A stretch of DNA of 64,000 bases from the NCBI GenBank assembly GCA_030153785.1, contig JASKLF010000006.1:1-64000 (forward strand), written 5' to 3'. The position numbers were made by a program, and so were the translations under genes. The notes under the pieces were generated by a model. The model saw only the letters and a program-made list of their open reading frames with translations. It had not been told where the DNA came from and searched no databases. This DNA is from a bacterium. GTDB lineage: Bacteria > Synergistota > GBS-1. Within the stretch, counting starts at the first letter, position 1, and every line of letters starts with the position of its first letter. This document shows, piece by piece, positions 41,553 through 50,614 of this stretch.

Positions 41553-42202
41553 ATTTAGATTTTAGTATAGTCATACCGTATCTACCAATGTTCCTAAAAG
41601 GAACAAAAGCCACAATAGAAGCAAGTACCTTAGCAATTCTCATCGGTTTAGTTATAGGAACTATCGTAGGCATAGGGAGAGTTATTCCATCAAGACCTAT
41701 AAACTTTATAGCGTGGCTTTACGTATATGTGATAAGAGGAACTCCACTTTTAGTTCAGCTTTTTGTTATTTACTTTGGACTACCTTCCATAGGTATTGAA
41801 TTTGAAGCTTTTACTGCTGGCGTAATAGGCTTAGGTATAAATAGTGGTGGATATGTAGCGGAGATAGTCCGTGGAGGAATAGAAGCGGTCCCTAAAGGAC
41901 AAATTGAAGCTGCAAAGGTTCTTGGCTTGAGTTATCTACAAACTATGTGGTATATAATTCTTCCACAAGCAATCAGAAATATGCTACCAGCATTAGGAAA
42001 CGAATTTGTAACCTTGGTTAAGGAATCTTCCTTACTTTCTACTTTAGCCATAACTGAACTAACCATGGTAGGTCAACAAGTTAGAAGTGTAACCTTCGCT
42101 TCATTCGAGGTTTTTATAGTAGTCGCATTAATTTACCTATTCATAACTACAATAGTAAGTACATTAGTAAGACACATAGAAAGGAAGTGGCAAGTGAGAT
42201 GA
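41549..42202 (+). CDS. Polar amino-acid ABC transporter permease
   Basis: [37 protein letters not shown]. Confidence 0.95.
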   Translation: MNLDFSIVIPYLPMFLKGTKATIEASTLAILIGLVIGTIVGIGRVIPSRPINFIAWLYVYVIRGTPLLVQLFVIYFGLPSIGIEFEAFTAGVIGLGINSGGYVAEIVRGGIEAVPKGQIEAAKVLGLSYLQTMWYIILPQAIRNMLPALGNEFVTLVKESSLLSTLAITELTMVGQQVRSVTFASFEVFIVVALIYLFITTIVSTLVRHIERKWQVR

Positions 42203-43335
42203 TAAAATTAGCAGAACGGGTTATTAACCTTGAGGTACTGAACCTCCTAGAGGTATCCGCGGGAGCCCCCCCTGACTGTGTGAACTTAACCGTGGGAGAA
42301 CCTGACCTTCCACCAGATCCCTTAGTTAAAGAGGGAATTAAAGAAGCTCTTGACAAAAATCTTACTAAATATACCGCCGATGAAGGAATTTTAGAACTTC
42401 GAAAAGCTATTGCTGACGATCTTAAGGAGAGATACGGCGTCTCATACGACACCGATGAAATAATAATTACACAAGGAGGAGCAGGAGCAATATTTTCAAC
42501 CCTTTTAGCCCTTTTAAACGAAGGAGACAAAGCAATACTTCAATCTCCATGGTATTCTGGGCACTTAAGAGCCTTAAACCTCCTAAGAGCAAAAACTTTT
42601 CCCTTTAAAACCTTAGAGAAAGGAATTCCCGTAGAACCAAGGTTAGATAGCCTTCCAAAAGAAGCAAAAATAATCTTTCTCTGTTCTCCTAATAATCCAA
42701 CAGGAATGGTGCTAAAACATGAAGACTTGGAAAAAATATTATTCTTCGCCAAACAAAACGACCAAATAATACTTATAGACATCGCCTATGAAGCTTTAAC
42801 GAACGACGGGAAAGTGCCCTTACCTATCGAATTTAAAGGCGGAAAAGATCAAACAGTGATTTTAGGCTCTTTCTCAAAGTGTTACTCTATAACAGGCTTA
42901 AGAATAGGGTATGTGGCAGCTCCTAAAGAAATTGCAGTAGGAATTAAGAAGGCCATCTCTACCTTTAGTTTCTGTGCTAACTCTATAACGCAGTATGGAG
43001 TACTAAATGCTTTCAAAAAGGGAAATCCCAACTTCCCTTCGTTAAGGAAAGAATTTAGAAAAAGAAGAGAAATAGCCTTTGAAATACTATCAAAAGGCAA
43101 TAGGCTTACACTTTCGAAACCTGAGGGAGGCTTTTTTATCTTCCCTTATTTTGAGGATGGAAAGGAAGATGTGGAACGCGCAAAATTATTAGTGAGAAAA
43201 GCGAAAGTTATTACCGTTCCAGGCTATCCCTTCTTTGGGCCTGATGGGAAAGGACACTTAAGAATTGCCTTAACCCAACCTGTAGAGATATTAAAAGAAG
43301 CTCTAGAAAAAATTATATCCGTCCTTGAAAGTTAA
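42199..43335 (+). CDS. PLP-dependent aminotransferase, class I/II
   Basis: GEPD, SPNNPTG, DIAY, SFSKCYSITGLRIGY, LRIAL. Start ATG 42199 overlaps the permease stop (ATGA). Confidence 0.9.
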   Translation: MIKLAERVINLEVLNLLEVSAGAPPDCVNLTVGEPDLPPDPLVKEGIKEALDKNLTKYTADEGILELRKAIADDLKERYGVSYDTDEIIITQGGAGAIFSTLLALLNEGDKAILQSPWYSGHLRALNLLRAKTFPFKTLEKGIPVEPRLDSLPKEAKIIFLCSPNNPTGMVLKHEDLEKILFFAKQNDQIILIDIAYEALTNDGKVPLPIEFKGGKDQTVILGSFSKCYSITGLRIGYVAAPKEIAVGIKKAISTFSFCANSITQYGVLNAFKKGNPNFPSLRKEFRKRREIAFEILSKGNRLTLSKPEGGFFIFPYFEDGKEDVERAKLLVRKAKVITVPGYPFFGPDGKGHLRIALTQPVEILKEALEKIISVLES

Positions 43336-43368
43336 AGGGGGGCTAAAGCTTAGCCCCCCTCTTCTTTT
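43336..43368. terminator. Terminator hairpin between convergent genes
   Basis: AGGGGGGCTAA-agc-TTAGCCCCCCT followed by CTTCTTTT. Confidence 0.75.
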
Positions 43369-44125
43369 ACTGCTTGAACCACTTGTCTATCAGTGCCTGA
43401 AGTTCTCCGCTTGCCTTCATCTCCTCTAAAACCTTATTGATTGCCTGTAGCAGTTTTGTATCTTCCTTCCTCAAAGCTAAGGCCTTTCCAGCTTCCGTTA
43501 TAACCTGATCGAAAGCTATCTTTACCTTACCCTTAAAATCCTTGCTCTCGCAGAACTTCACAGCAACAGGCTTATCCATTAAGGTAGCATCGGCTCGCCC
43601 AAGAACCACTTCTCTAACACAATCATCAAACTTTTGGAATCTCTTCATCGTAACACCAGGAATTTTCGAACAAAAGGTATCTTGAACCGTACCAAGCTGA
43701 ACAGCAATTGTCTTACCTTTCAAATCGTCAAGAGTCTTTATAGAATTATCATCCGCTCTAACCACAAAAGAGCTGAGACTTATGTAATAAGGGATAGAGA
43801 AAGCTACCTTTTTCGCTCTCTCTTCCGTAGCAGACATGCCAGCAGCAATTATGTCGATCTTTCCTGCTAGAAGAGCCGGAATAAGCGAATCGAAAGGCAT
43901 ATCAACCCATTCTATCTTTTTGCCTATCCTTTTAGCTATCGTCTCCATAAGTTCAATATCAAACCCTACAAGATTGTTATTTTTGTCCCTAAATTCAAAA
44001 GGAGGATAAGTACTTTCCGTTCCCACCTTCAAAACATCCTTATCCATAGCATCCCCAAAGGCAATTCCTAATCCAGAGAAACCAACTAAAGAAACAACCA
44101 AAAGCACTATTAAACACTTCTTCAT
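43367..44125 (-). CDS. Polar amino-acid ABC transporter substrate-binding protein (family 3)
   Basis: Signal peptide, YPPFEF, GFDIEL, FDSLIPAL, AGMSATEER, VQLGTVQ. Confidence 0.94.
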   Translation of the reverse strand: MKKCLIVLLVVSLVGFSGLGIAFGDAMDKDVLKVGTESTYPPFEFRDKNNNLVGFDIELMETIAKRIGKKIEWVDMPFDSLIPALLAGKIDIIAAGMSATEERAKKVAFSIPYYISLSSFVVRADDNSIKTLDDLKGKTIAVQLGTVQDTFCSKIPGVTMKRFQKFDDCVREVVLGRADATLMDKPVAVKFCESKDFKGKVKIAFDQVITEAGKALALRKEDTKLLQAINKVLEEMKASGELQALIDKWFKQ

Positions 44126-44167
44126 TATATCTACCTCCTTCTCTAAGTTTTATTCTGTTTCGAGTTA

Positions 44168-44196
44168 ATTATAACATACAAGTGGTTCTGATATAA
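44168..44196. promoter_or_regulatory. Back-to-back divergent extended -10 promoters
   Basis: Minus TGTTATAAT (44168-44176) and plus TGATATAAT (44188-44196). Confidence 0.6.
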
Positions 44197-44227
44197 TAGA
44201 AAGGACAAAGCAAAAGCACAAAGGAGG

Positions 44228-44830
44228 GTGATAAAATTGAGAAAAACTTTAACGATTTTGCTTTTCTCCCTTTTCCTCGCAATTGCCAATATTTCTTGGG
44301 CTCAAACGGAAAATCAAAACATCAATTCTTTAGCTGAAGAAATCAAACAGTTGTTTTCAAAGGGAGACTATAAAGCCGCTTTAATAAAATCACGAGAGCT
44401 CTACTTAGCTATCTGGAACAAATCGCCACTATTTTATTCAAAGGCAGTTTTAGTAGAAAACGAACCAGAAGGTGTAGGGCTATATGTGGAAAGGAAAAAC
44501 AACAAGTTCACAGAAGGAGACCCAATATATATTTACGTCGAACCCATGGGATACACCGTAGTCAAAAAGGGAGACAATTATTCCTTTGGACTTGCAGCAG
44601 ATTTCGCAATATTAGACAGTGAGGGGAATCACCTTTACGAAAAGAAAAACTTTGGAACCTGGAGCATGGAATCAAAAAACTTCAACACAGAGTTCTTCCT
44701 CTTTCTAAGGTACTCATTCACAGGCATAAGACCTGGAAAGTATAGAATCATAACGACCCTAAGAGACATAAACGACCCCAATAAGAAAATGGAGGTAGAC
44801 GTACCCATAGAAATTGTTCCAAGCCAGTAA
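44228..44830 (+). CDS. Secreted hypothetical protein, beta-rich C-terminal domain
   Basis: SD AGGAGG, signal peptide ending in SWA, 200-aa ORF; no family I can name. Confidence 0.8.
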   Translation: MIKLRKTLTILLFSLFLAIANISWAQTENQNINSLAEEIKQLFSKGDYKAALIKSRELYLAIWNKSPLFYSKAVLVENEPEGVGLYVERKNNKFTEGDPIYIYVEPMGYTVVKKGDNYSFGLAADFAILDSEGNHLYEKKNFGTWSMESKNFNTEFFLFLRYSFTGIRPGKYRIITTLRDINDPNKKMEVDVPIEIVPSQ

Positions 44831-44835
44831 AGTAT

Positions 44836-45591
44836 TCAAACCTTAGCAATAGCTTTAAGGTAAGCAATAGCTTCATTCTTCGTTCTTATAATACCTTTCA
44901 GCTGAGCCTCATACAAACTTTCCTTTAAAACACCAACCCTTTTACCAGGAGGAATGCAAAGGTAAGCCATTATTTCATAACCGTTCAAAAGAGGAAAAGG
45001 TTTAGCTTTTTCCTTTTCCCATCTATCTTTAAGGAGCTCCATTTTTCTTTTATTTTCAAGGAAGACTTCAGAATACCCGATACTTCCCTTTAAATCCACC
45101 TCGGTTAATAAAAGAAGATCTTCGAGATAGGGATATTCTCTTACGAGCTTTAAAAGCTTTTTTTCGCTCAAAGGCTGATGTAACTTCATATGGTCTAATA
45201 CAAGTTTCTTTACCTTTTTAACTACATTTCTAAGGAGTGGATATTTAAAGAAAAACTTAACAACCCTTTTCGCCCCCTCCTTCTCGTGCCCCCAAAAGTT
45301 GTTCCCATCAAAGACCACGCATTTACCAACATCGTGAAACAGAGAAGCTAAAACTATGGTAAAAGGATATCTCTCTTCTTCAGCAATACCCACGCATTTA
45401 AGGGTATGATTCCAAACACTTCCTTCAGGGTGGTAATGAGGATCTTGAGAAATTCTTTCGAGACATTCAAACTCTCTAAGATAGGAGGGCAATATTCTAT
45501 TTGCCCTCAATTTTTTCAAAAACAGCTTTAATTTGCGACGTCTCAGATGCCTAACGAAAAGTCTCCTCTTACAAGACTTTACTCTCCTCAT
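44836..45591 (-). CDS. HD-domain phosphohydrolase resembling the C-terminal half of class II CCA-adding enzymes
   Basis: QDPHYHPEGSVWNHT, LFHDVGK, FWGHE, HM, D, and tail LLNGYEIM..IPPGKRVG...EAQLKG. No nucleotidyltransferase head. Confidence 0.8.
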   Translation of the reverse strand: MRRVKSCKRRLFVRHLRRRKLKLFLKKLRANRILPSYLREFECLERISQDPHYHPEGSVWNHTLKCVGIAEEERYPFTIVLASLFHDVGKCVVFDGNNFWGHEKEGAKRVVKFFFKYPLLRNVVKKVKKLVLDHMKLHQPLSEKKLLKLVREYPYLEDLLLLTEVDLKGSIGYSEVFLENKRKMELLKDRWEKEKAKPFPLLNGYEIMAYLCIPPGKRVGVLKESLYEAQLKGIIRTKNEAIAYLKAIAKV

Positions 45592-46411
45592 CTAAAATAT
45601 CCTCCAGGAAACAAGCAACACCATCACTTGCATTCGAAGGGATTATCATATCTGCTTCCCTTTTTACTTCCTCCGGTGCATTATCCATGGCTACCCCCAA
45701 ACCTGCACACCTTATAGCATCAATATCGTTAAGATTATCACCTACGAAAACTATTTTTTCCAAAGGCACTCCATAAAATTCAGAAAAGTAGCGTAAAGAA
45801 ATTTCCTTAGAACAACCGGGACCGTAAACTTCAAGAAAAGCTTCTCCCCCAGCTTTAGAGTTAAGGATCAAGCTCACATCTCTCCCCTGAAAAGTATTGA
45901 CAAACTCCACTACTTTCTCCGTCTTACCAACGAGAACTACTTCATTGAATGAAAGGGACCAATTCAATGCTTCTATAATATTATCTACCAAAAAAGCATT
46001 GGGAAGAGATTTTTCAAAATAAAAAAGGAATGGAGAATTTGATGGAAATTCCTTCTCCATCACAATATATGGAGGAGTAAAAGATGGTGTAAAAAGCATG
46101 GGGAACAATCCAAGTTCCTTCGCAGTCAAGAGAACCTCAAGAAGCCTCTCCCGCGGAAAGTTAACAAGCCTGTAAACTTCTAAAGGGTCAAAGGAAAGCA
46201 TTAAAGCACTATTCTGGAAAGAAACAAGCCCTTTAATGCCTAAGGCTTCCACGTAGGGCTTAGCTGACGGAAAAGTCCGACCTGTAGAAATGGTAACTTT
46301 CAAGCCACAGGCAAATGCACTTTTTATAGCTTTAAGAGCCCTCGATGTTATAGTCTTTGCAGGATCTAAAAGTGTTCCATCTAAATCAAAAACGATTAAC
46401 TCGTATTTCAT
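45569..46411 (-). CDS. Cof-type HAD-IIB phosphatase
   Basis: FDLDGTLL, STGR, SK, GDNLND, GVAMDNA. Start ATG 46411. Confidence 0.93.
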   Translation of the reverse strand: MKYELIVFDLDGTLLDPAKTITSRALKAIKSAFACGLKVTISTGRTFPSAKPYVEALGIKGLVSFQNSALMLSFDPLEVYRLVNFPRERLLEVLLTAKELGLFPMLFTPSFTPPYIVMEKEFPSNSPFLFYFEKSLPNAFLVDNIIEALNWSLSFNEVVLVGKTEKVVEFVNTFQGRDVSLILNSKAGGEAFLEVYGPGCSKEISLRYFSEFYGVPLEKIVFVGDNLNDIDAIRCAGLGVAMDNAPEEVKREADMIIPSNASDGVACFLEDILDEESKVL

Positions 46412-46701
46412 TTCACTCTCTCCACTTCCCAAAAGAATATTTCCAATCCCTCCTCTTTAACTTCACTTTTATTCTTTAACTCCGTAAGAGCTCTTAGAAG
46501 AAGAGCCTCCTTTTCCCCATCGGTTACTACTAAAAAAACCTCGTTCATTGCAGGCCACACTGGAGTGCCTAAGCGAAAACCCTTTCCGCCCTTACCTTTA
46601 ACTAAACTCCACTGAGTATAACCGTCTACTCCCGCTTTTTCCAGAATCTCTTTTAAATCCTCTTCCAATGTTGAATTTCCTACTATCAGAAAAGCTTTCA
46701 A
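46408..46701 (-). CDS. PII-like small protein (PG0541-type)
   Basis: From TTG 46701 (SD GGAGGG): LKAFLIVGN...GYTQWSLVKGKGGKGFRLGTPVWPAMN, 97 aa, PII-fold pattern. The ORF track over-extends the 5' end. Confidence 0.75.
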   Translation of the reverse strand: MKAFLIVGNSTLEEDLKEILEKAGVDGYTQWSLVKGKGGKGFRLGTPVWPAMNEVFLVVTDGEKEALLLRALTELKNKSEVKEEGLEIFFWEVERVK

Positions 46702-46738
46702 ATTTATCCCTCCAATTAAAAATGTTATAATAATACTC

Positions 46739-48208
46739 ATGAAAAGGTCATCGAGGCTCATCTTAATTATAGCACTCTTATCACTTCTATATCCTCTTCC
46801 CCTATATGCTAAAGCAGTCTCATGGGAAAAGTTCGTAAAAGACCTAACAGTTGTATCTAAAATCCATTTAAATCTACCCCTGACAAAATCAGCCTTAAGG
46901 GACTCCAAAAATCGACCTATATCCCGAGGAGAAGCCATTTTTCTAACGATAGAAGCTTTAGGATTGGGTTTTGAATCTTTCCTGCTCCAAGAAAAAAGCG
47001 TATTTAAGAGCACAGGCCTACCCTCCACTCTTGAAAGAGCTATTAAGCTGTCCTTCTACATGGAACCACCCCTATTTGAACCATCCAAGCTAAAATCCAT
47101 TCAATGGCTTAAAGGAAACCTAACTGAAAAAGAAGCAAAAGCTCTTATACAAAAAGCCTTTTACATAAAAAATCGTGAAGGAAAGGTTAGCTTTAAAGAA
47201 CAGATAAACGAAGACCTCGAACTTTATTGGGAGAGGAACTTAAATCCAAATTTTTACATGGCATATCTCAAATTCAATCCGAAATCAAACAAACTAACTT
47301 TGAGAGTAGGTCTTGCGGGCAACCAAGTTCAAAACAGAGAAAGGCTCAGCGATATATGTGCAAGGTTAAACGCCATAGGAGGAATAAATGGTGGATTTTT
47401 TAAAGCAGATGGGGATCCTGTAGGAGCCCTTATGATAGACGGATTTTTAATAAGTGAACCTTTTCAAAATAGAGGATGCTTTGGATGGAACGAAAAGGGA
47501 GATTTTATATTTGGTAGAGTGAGCTGGGAAGGCATGTTAGAAACGCAAAGCGGAATTGTTCTCAGTATAGACGGCTTAAACAGAAAGCCATCTGGGGAAG
47601 AAATAATTATCTACACACCTTTTTACGGAGAATATCTAAAACTTGAAACTGAAACCAAAATTGCGATAATAAGAAATTGGAAAGTAACCGAAATAAAAAA
47701 TGGACATCAGGAGTTTATCCCTCAAGATGGATTCATTGTCGTTGGATATGGAGAAAAAGAGCGAGAGATAGAATCATTAAGAATTGGCGAACAAGTCTCC
47801 CTAAAAGCTTATCTGATCCCTGAAAAGAAAGACACTAAGTGGAGAAAAATAACCTTTCTTATCCAAGGAGGACCGATGCTAATAGAAAACGGTGAAATAG
47901 TTAACCAAGATGAGGGCTTCAGCGAAGAATTATTGAACAAAAAGCACCCAAGAACAATCATAGGAGAAACGCAGGATGGAAAGCTCCTTCTAATGGTCGT
48001 AGACGGTAGAAACCCTATTAGGGGGGAGGGTTTAACGATAGAAGAGCTCAAAACCATCCTTAAGAAGTTAAAACTAAAGAACGCCCTTAACTTAGACGGA
48101 GGGGGCTCAACAACCCTTTATCTTAAAGGAAAGCTCTATAATATGCCCTCTGATGGAAAGGAAAGAGAAATAAGCTATGCATTAGTTATTTTAAATAGAA
48201 AAAGGTGA
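46739..48208 (+). CDS. Secreted phosphodiester glycosidase (NAGPA-like) family protein
   Basis: Signal peptide, INGGFF, GGPML, HPRTIIG, VVDGR, ALNLDGGGSTT. Confidence 0.9.
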   Translation: MKRSSRLILIIALLSLLYPLPLYAKAVSWEKFVKDLTVVSKIHLNLPLTKSALRDSKNRPISRGEAIFLTIEALGLGFESFLLQEKSVFKSTGLPSTLERAIKLSFYMEPPLFEPSKLKSIQWLKGNLTEKEAKALIQKAFYIKNREGKVSFKEQINEDLELYWERNLNPNFYMAYLKFNPKSNKLTLRVGLAGNQVQNRERLSDICARLNAIGGINGGFFKADGDPVGALMIDGFLISEPFQNRGCFGWNEKGDFIFGRVSWEGMLETQSGIVLSIDGLNRKPSGEEIIIYTPFYGEYLKLETETKIAIIRNWKVTEIKNGHQEFIPQDGFIVVGYGEKEREIESLRIGEQVSLKAYLIPEKKDTKWRKITFLIQGGPMLIENGEIVNQDEGFSEELLNKKHPRTIIGETQDGKLLLMVVDGRNPIRGEGLTIEELKTILKKLKLKNALNLDGGGSTTLYLKGKLYNMPSDGKEREISYALVILNRKR

Positions 48209-48214
48209 ATAGCT

Positions 48215-50608
48215 ATGAATAAATTTATATGTGTTCACGGGCATTTCTACCAACCACCAAGGGAAAACCCATATTTCGAAGAAATTTTTAAACAAAAGGA
48301 AGCTTCTCCCTTCCATGATTGGAATGAAAAAATATATAACGAGAGTTACCTGCCCAATACAGCGTCGAGGGTTTTAGACGAAAACAACAGAATCTTGGAT
48401 ATAGTTAACAATTACAAATACCTGAGTTTCAATTTTGGCCCAACCCTTATAGCGTGGCTCAAAAGAAAACATCCTGAACTTATAGAAAGTTTGAAAGAGG
48501 CAGATCAAGAAAATATCAGAACCTTTGGTGGCTTTGGTAATGCAATAGCACAAGCCCATAGCCACATGATAATGCCTCTTGCGAAAGAATTAGATATGAG
48601 AATCCAAATAGTTTGGGGAATAAAATCCTTTGAAAATACCTTCGGAAGAAAACCAGGGGGAATGTGGTTGCCCGAAACAGCGGTAGATCTAAAGACCTTA
48701 AAAATCCTATCGGAAGAAGGCATAAAGTTTACAATCCTGGGAGCCCACCAGTGTGAGAAAGTAAAATCTCCCGATGGCAAGTGGATCGACGTAGACGAAG
48801 GCTCCTTAGATGTAACAAGACCTTATAAGGTCTCAATTAGTGATAACGCTTGTATATGGATATTCTTCTTCCATCGTGCCTTATCAGGAAACCTTTCCTT
48901 TGGAAACATGCTCCGGAATGGAGACGCCATGGGAGAAAGGCTAATTCAGGAAATTTTAAAATCAAGCTTATCTCCAGCAATTCTACTTTTAGCTTGTGAC
49001 GGAGAAACCTTTGGGCATCATCATAAGTTTGGAGAAATGGCTCTCTCCAGAGCTATTAAAAGAATAAAGCTTGACAATTCGGTAAGCATAGCTCCACTCG
49101 AATACATACTAACCCTCTTTGAGAATCAACCCTCATGGGAAGCAAAAATCAAAGAAAACACATCTTGGTCTTGTGCCCATGGAATAAAGAGATGGCAAGA
49201 AGATTGCGGTTGTTCCACGGGAGGAGAACCGGGATGGCACCAAAAATGGAGAGGTCCCTTAAGAGAAGCAATAAATTTCTTGATAGACAAATTTGACGAA
49301 CTTTTTGAAGCTCTGTCCCCAAAGCTCTTCAAGGATCCTTTACGAGCTTTAGAAGACTATATAGACCTGATCGAAAACAAGGTAAGCTACCAAGACTTCT
49401 TGCAAGAGCATATTAAAAAACCAGAAACAAATGCATCATTATGTCTAAAACTTCTTGAACTACAAAGAATGAAGATGTTTTCCCAAACTTCTTGCGGATG
49501 GTTCTTTAGCGATATATCCGGAGTCGAAACGGTTCAAATCCTCTTATATGCATCAAGAGGAATGCTACTATACAAAGAAATTAAAGGGATAGATTTGGAA
49601 CCCAAATTCAAGGAAATATTAGAAAAAGCTCCTGGAAACAGGCCTAACTTTCCTACAGGAAAAGCTGTTTATGAAAAACTGGTTACCCCCGCTATATACA
49701 ACAAGGACAAATTATTAGCAAGCCTGGCCTTTCTATCAAAGATAAAAGGGAAGAACTTTAAAATTGGAGCCTTTAAGGTAAACTCCGAAATTTTGTCTTT
49801 TCCTACCCTAAACGAAAATTCTTTAACATCGGGGAAAATAGAAGTCTCAGATTTAAGAACTCAAGAGAGCTATGGTTCTTTCTTCATAAATATAAAGCTT
49901 AAGAATCTGCAACAGTTAACCTTCCTCCTTGACGTAGAACCAGAGCAGGAAAAAAGCACAAACGAAAAGCTAACGCAAATTAATATGTCCTCTCGCTCAA
50001 ATAAGGAGATAATAGAGTTCATAAAAAGCTTCAAACCTTATGCAATGTTTGATATGAAAATATTACCAAGCGACTACATAGAAGAGGTTATGTCTAAAGA
50101 CATACTGGAGCTAAAACAAAAGCTGTTAGATATGGCAGAGATCATTTACAGAGAAGCAAGGGAAAGTATCATGACAATGAAGGAAATGGGGATAGAAATT
50201 CATCCATTGATAAAAGAATCCCTAAATCTATTTTTCGAAAATCTAATACTCAACACCCTTGAGAAATATAGTGAATCTCTATGGTCACCAGGGTATACAA
50301 ACACTCTTCTTTCTGTCATAAAAGAAGCCTCAACCTTAGGAGCAACCCCACGGTTAGAAAAGGCAAACCTGGCGATTGAAAATCGTTATAGAAATCTGCT
50401 TAACCTTTATCTTAAAACCCGAAAACGAAATTACTTAGAGGAGATAAAAGATACAATAAAGGTTGCCTTTCAGCTTAAGCTTTACCCGAGCTTGTGGATT
50501 ATGCAAAATGAAACTTATAAAATTTATGAGCAAATAAAAGAGGAGCTCAGGGAAATCCTATTAATTCTGGGGTTTTCAAATAAACTAACGAACAAGGGGG
50601 AGGGATAG
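48215..50608 (+). CDS. GH57 glycoside hydrolase, DUF3536 type
   Basis: HGHFYQPPRENP, SFNFGPTL, WLPETAVD, DGETFGHH, SWSCAHG, TSCGWFF. Confidence 0.9.
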   Translation: MNKFICVHGHFYQPPRENPYFEEIFKQKEASPFHDWNEKIYNESYLPNTASRVLDENNRILDIVNNYKYLSFNFGPTLIAWLKRKHPELIESLKEADQENIRTFGGFGNAIAQAHSHMIMPLAKELDMRIQIVWGIKSFENTFGRKPGGMWLPETAVDLKTLKILSEEGIKFTILGAHQCEKVKSPDGKWIDVDEGSLDVTRPYKVSISDNACIWIFFFHRALSGNLSFGNMLRNGDAMGERLIQEILKSSLSPAILLLACDGETFGHHHKFGEMALSRAIKRIKLDNSVSIAPLEYILTLFENQPSWEAKIKENTSWSCAHGIKRWQEDCGCSTGGEPGWHQKWRGPLREAINFLIDKFDELFEALSPKLFKDPLRALEDYIDLIENKVSYQDFLQEHIKKPETNASLCLKLLELQRMKMFSQTSCGWFFSDISGVETVQILLYASRGMLLYKEIKGIDLEPKFKEILEKAPGNRPNFPTGKAVYEKLVTPAIYNKDKLLASLAFLSKIKGKNFKIGAFKVNSEILSFPTLNENSLTSGKIEVSDLRTQESYGSFFINIKLKNLQQLTFLLDVEPEQEKSTNEKLTQINMSSRSNKEIIEFIKSFKPYAMFDMKILPSDYIEEVMSKDILELKQKLLDMAEIIYREARESIMTMKEMGIEIHPLIKESLNLFFENLILNTLEKYSESLWSPGYTNTLLSVIKEASTLGATPRLEKANLAIENRYRNLLNLYLKTRKRNYLEEIKDTIKVAFQLKLYPSLWIMQNETYKIYEQIKEELREILLILGFSNKLTNKGEG

Positions 50609-50614
50609 AAGAAA

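Noticed and set aside
46702..47028. N-terminal 109 codons of the 206-aa minus-strand ORF
   Set aside because: Antisense to the phosphodiester glycosidase gene. The recognisable protein starts at TTG 46701 behind a good SD.
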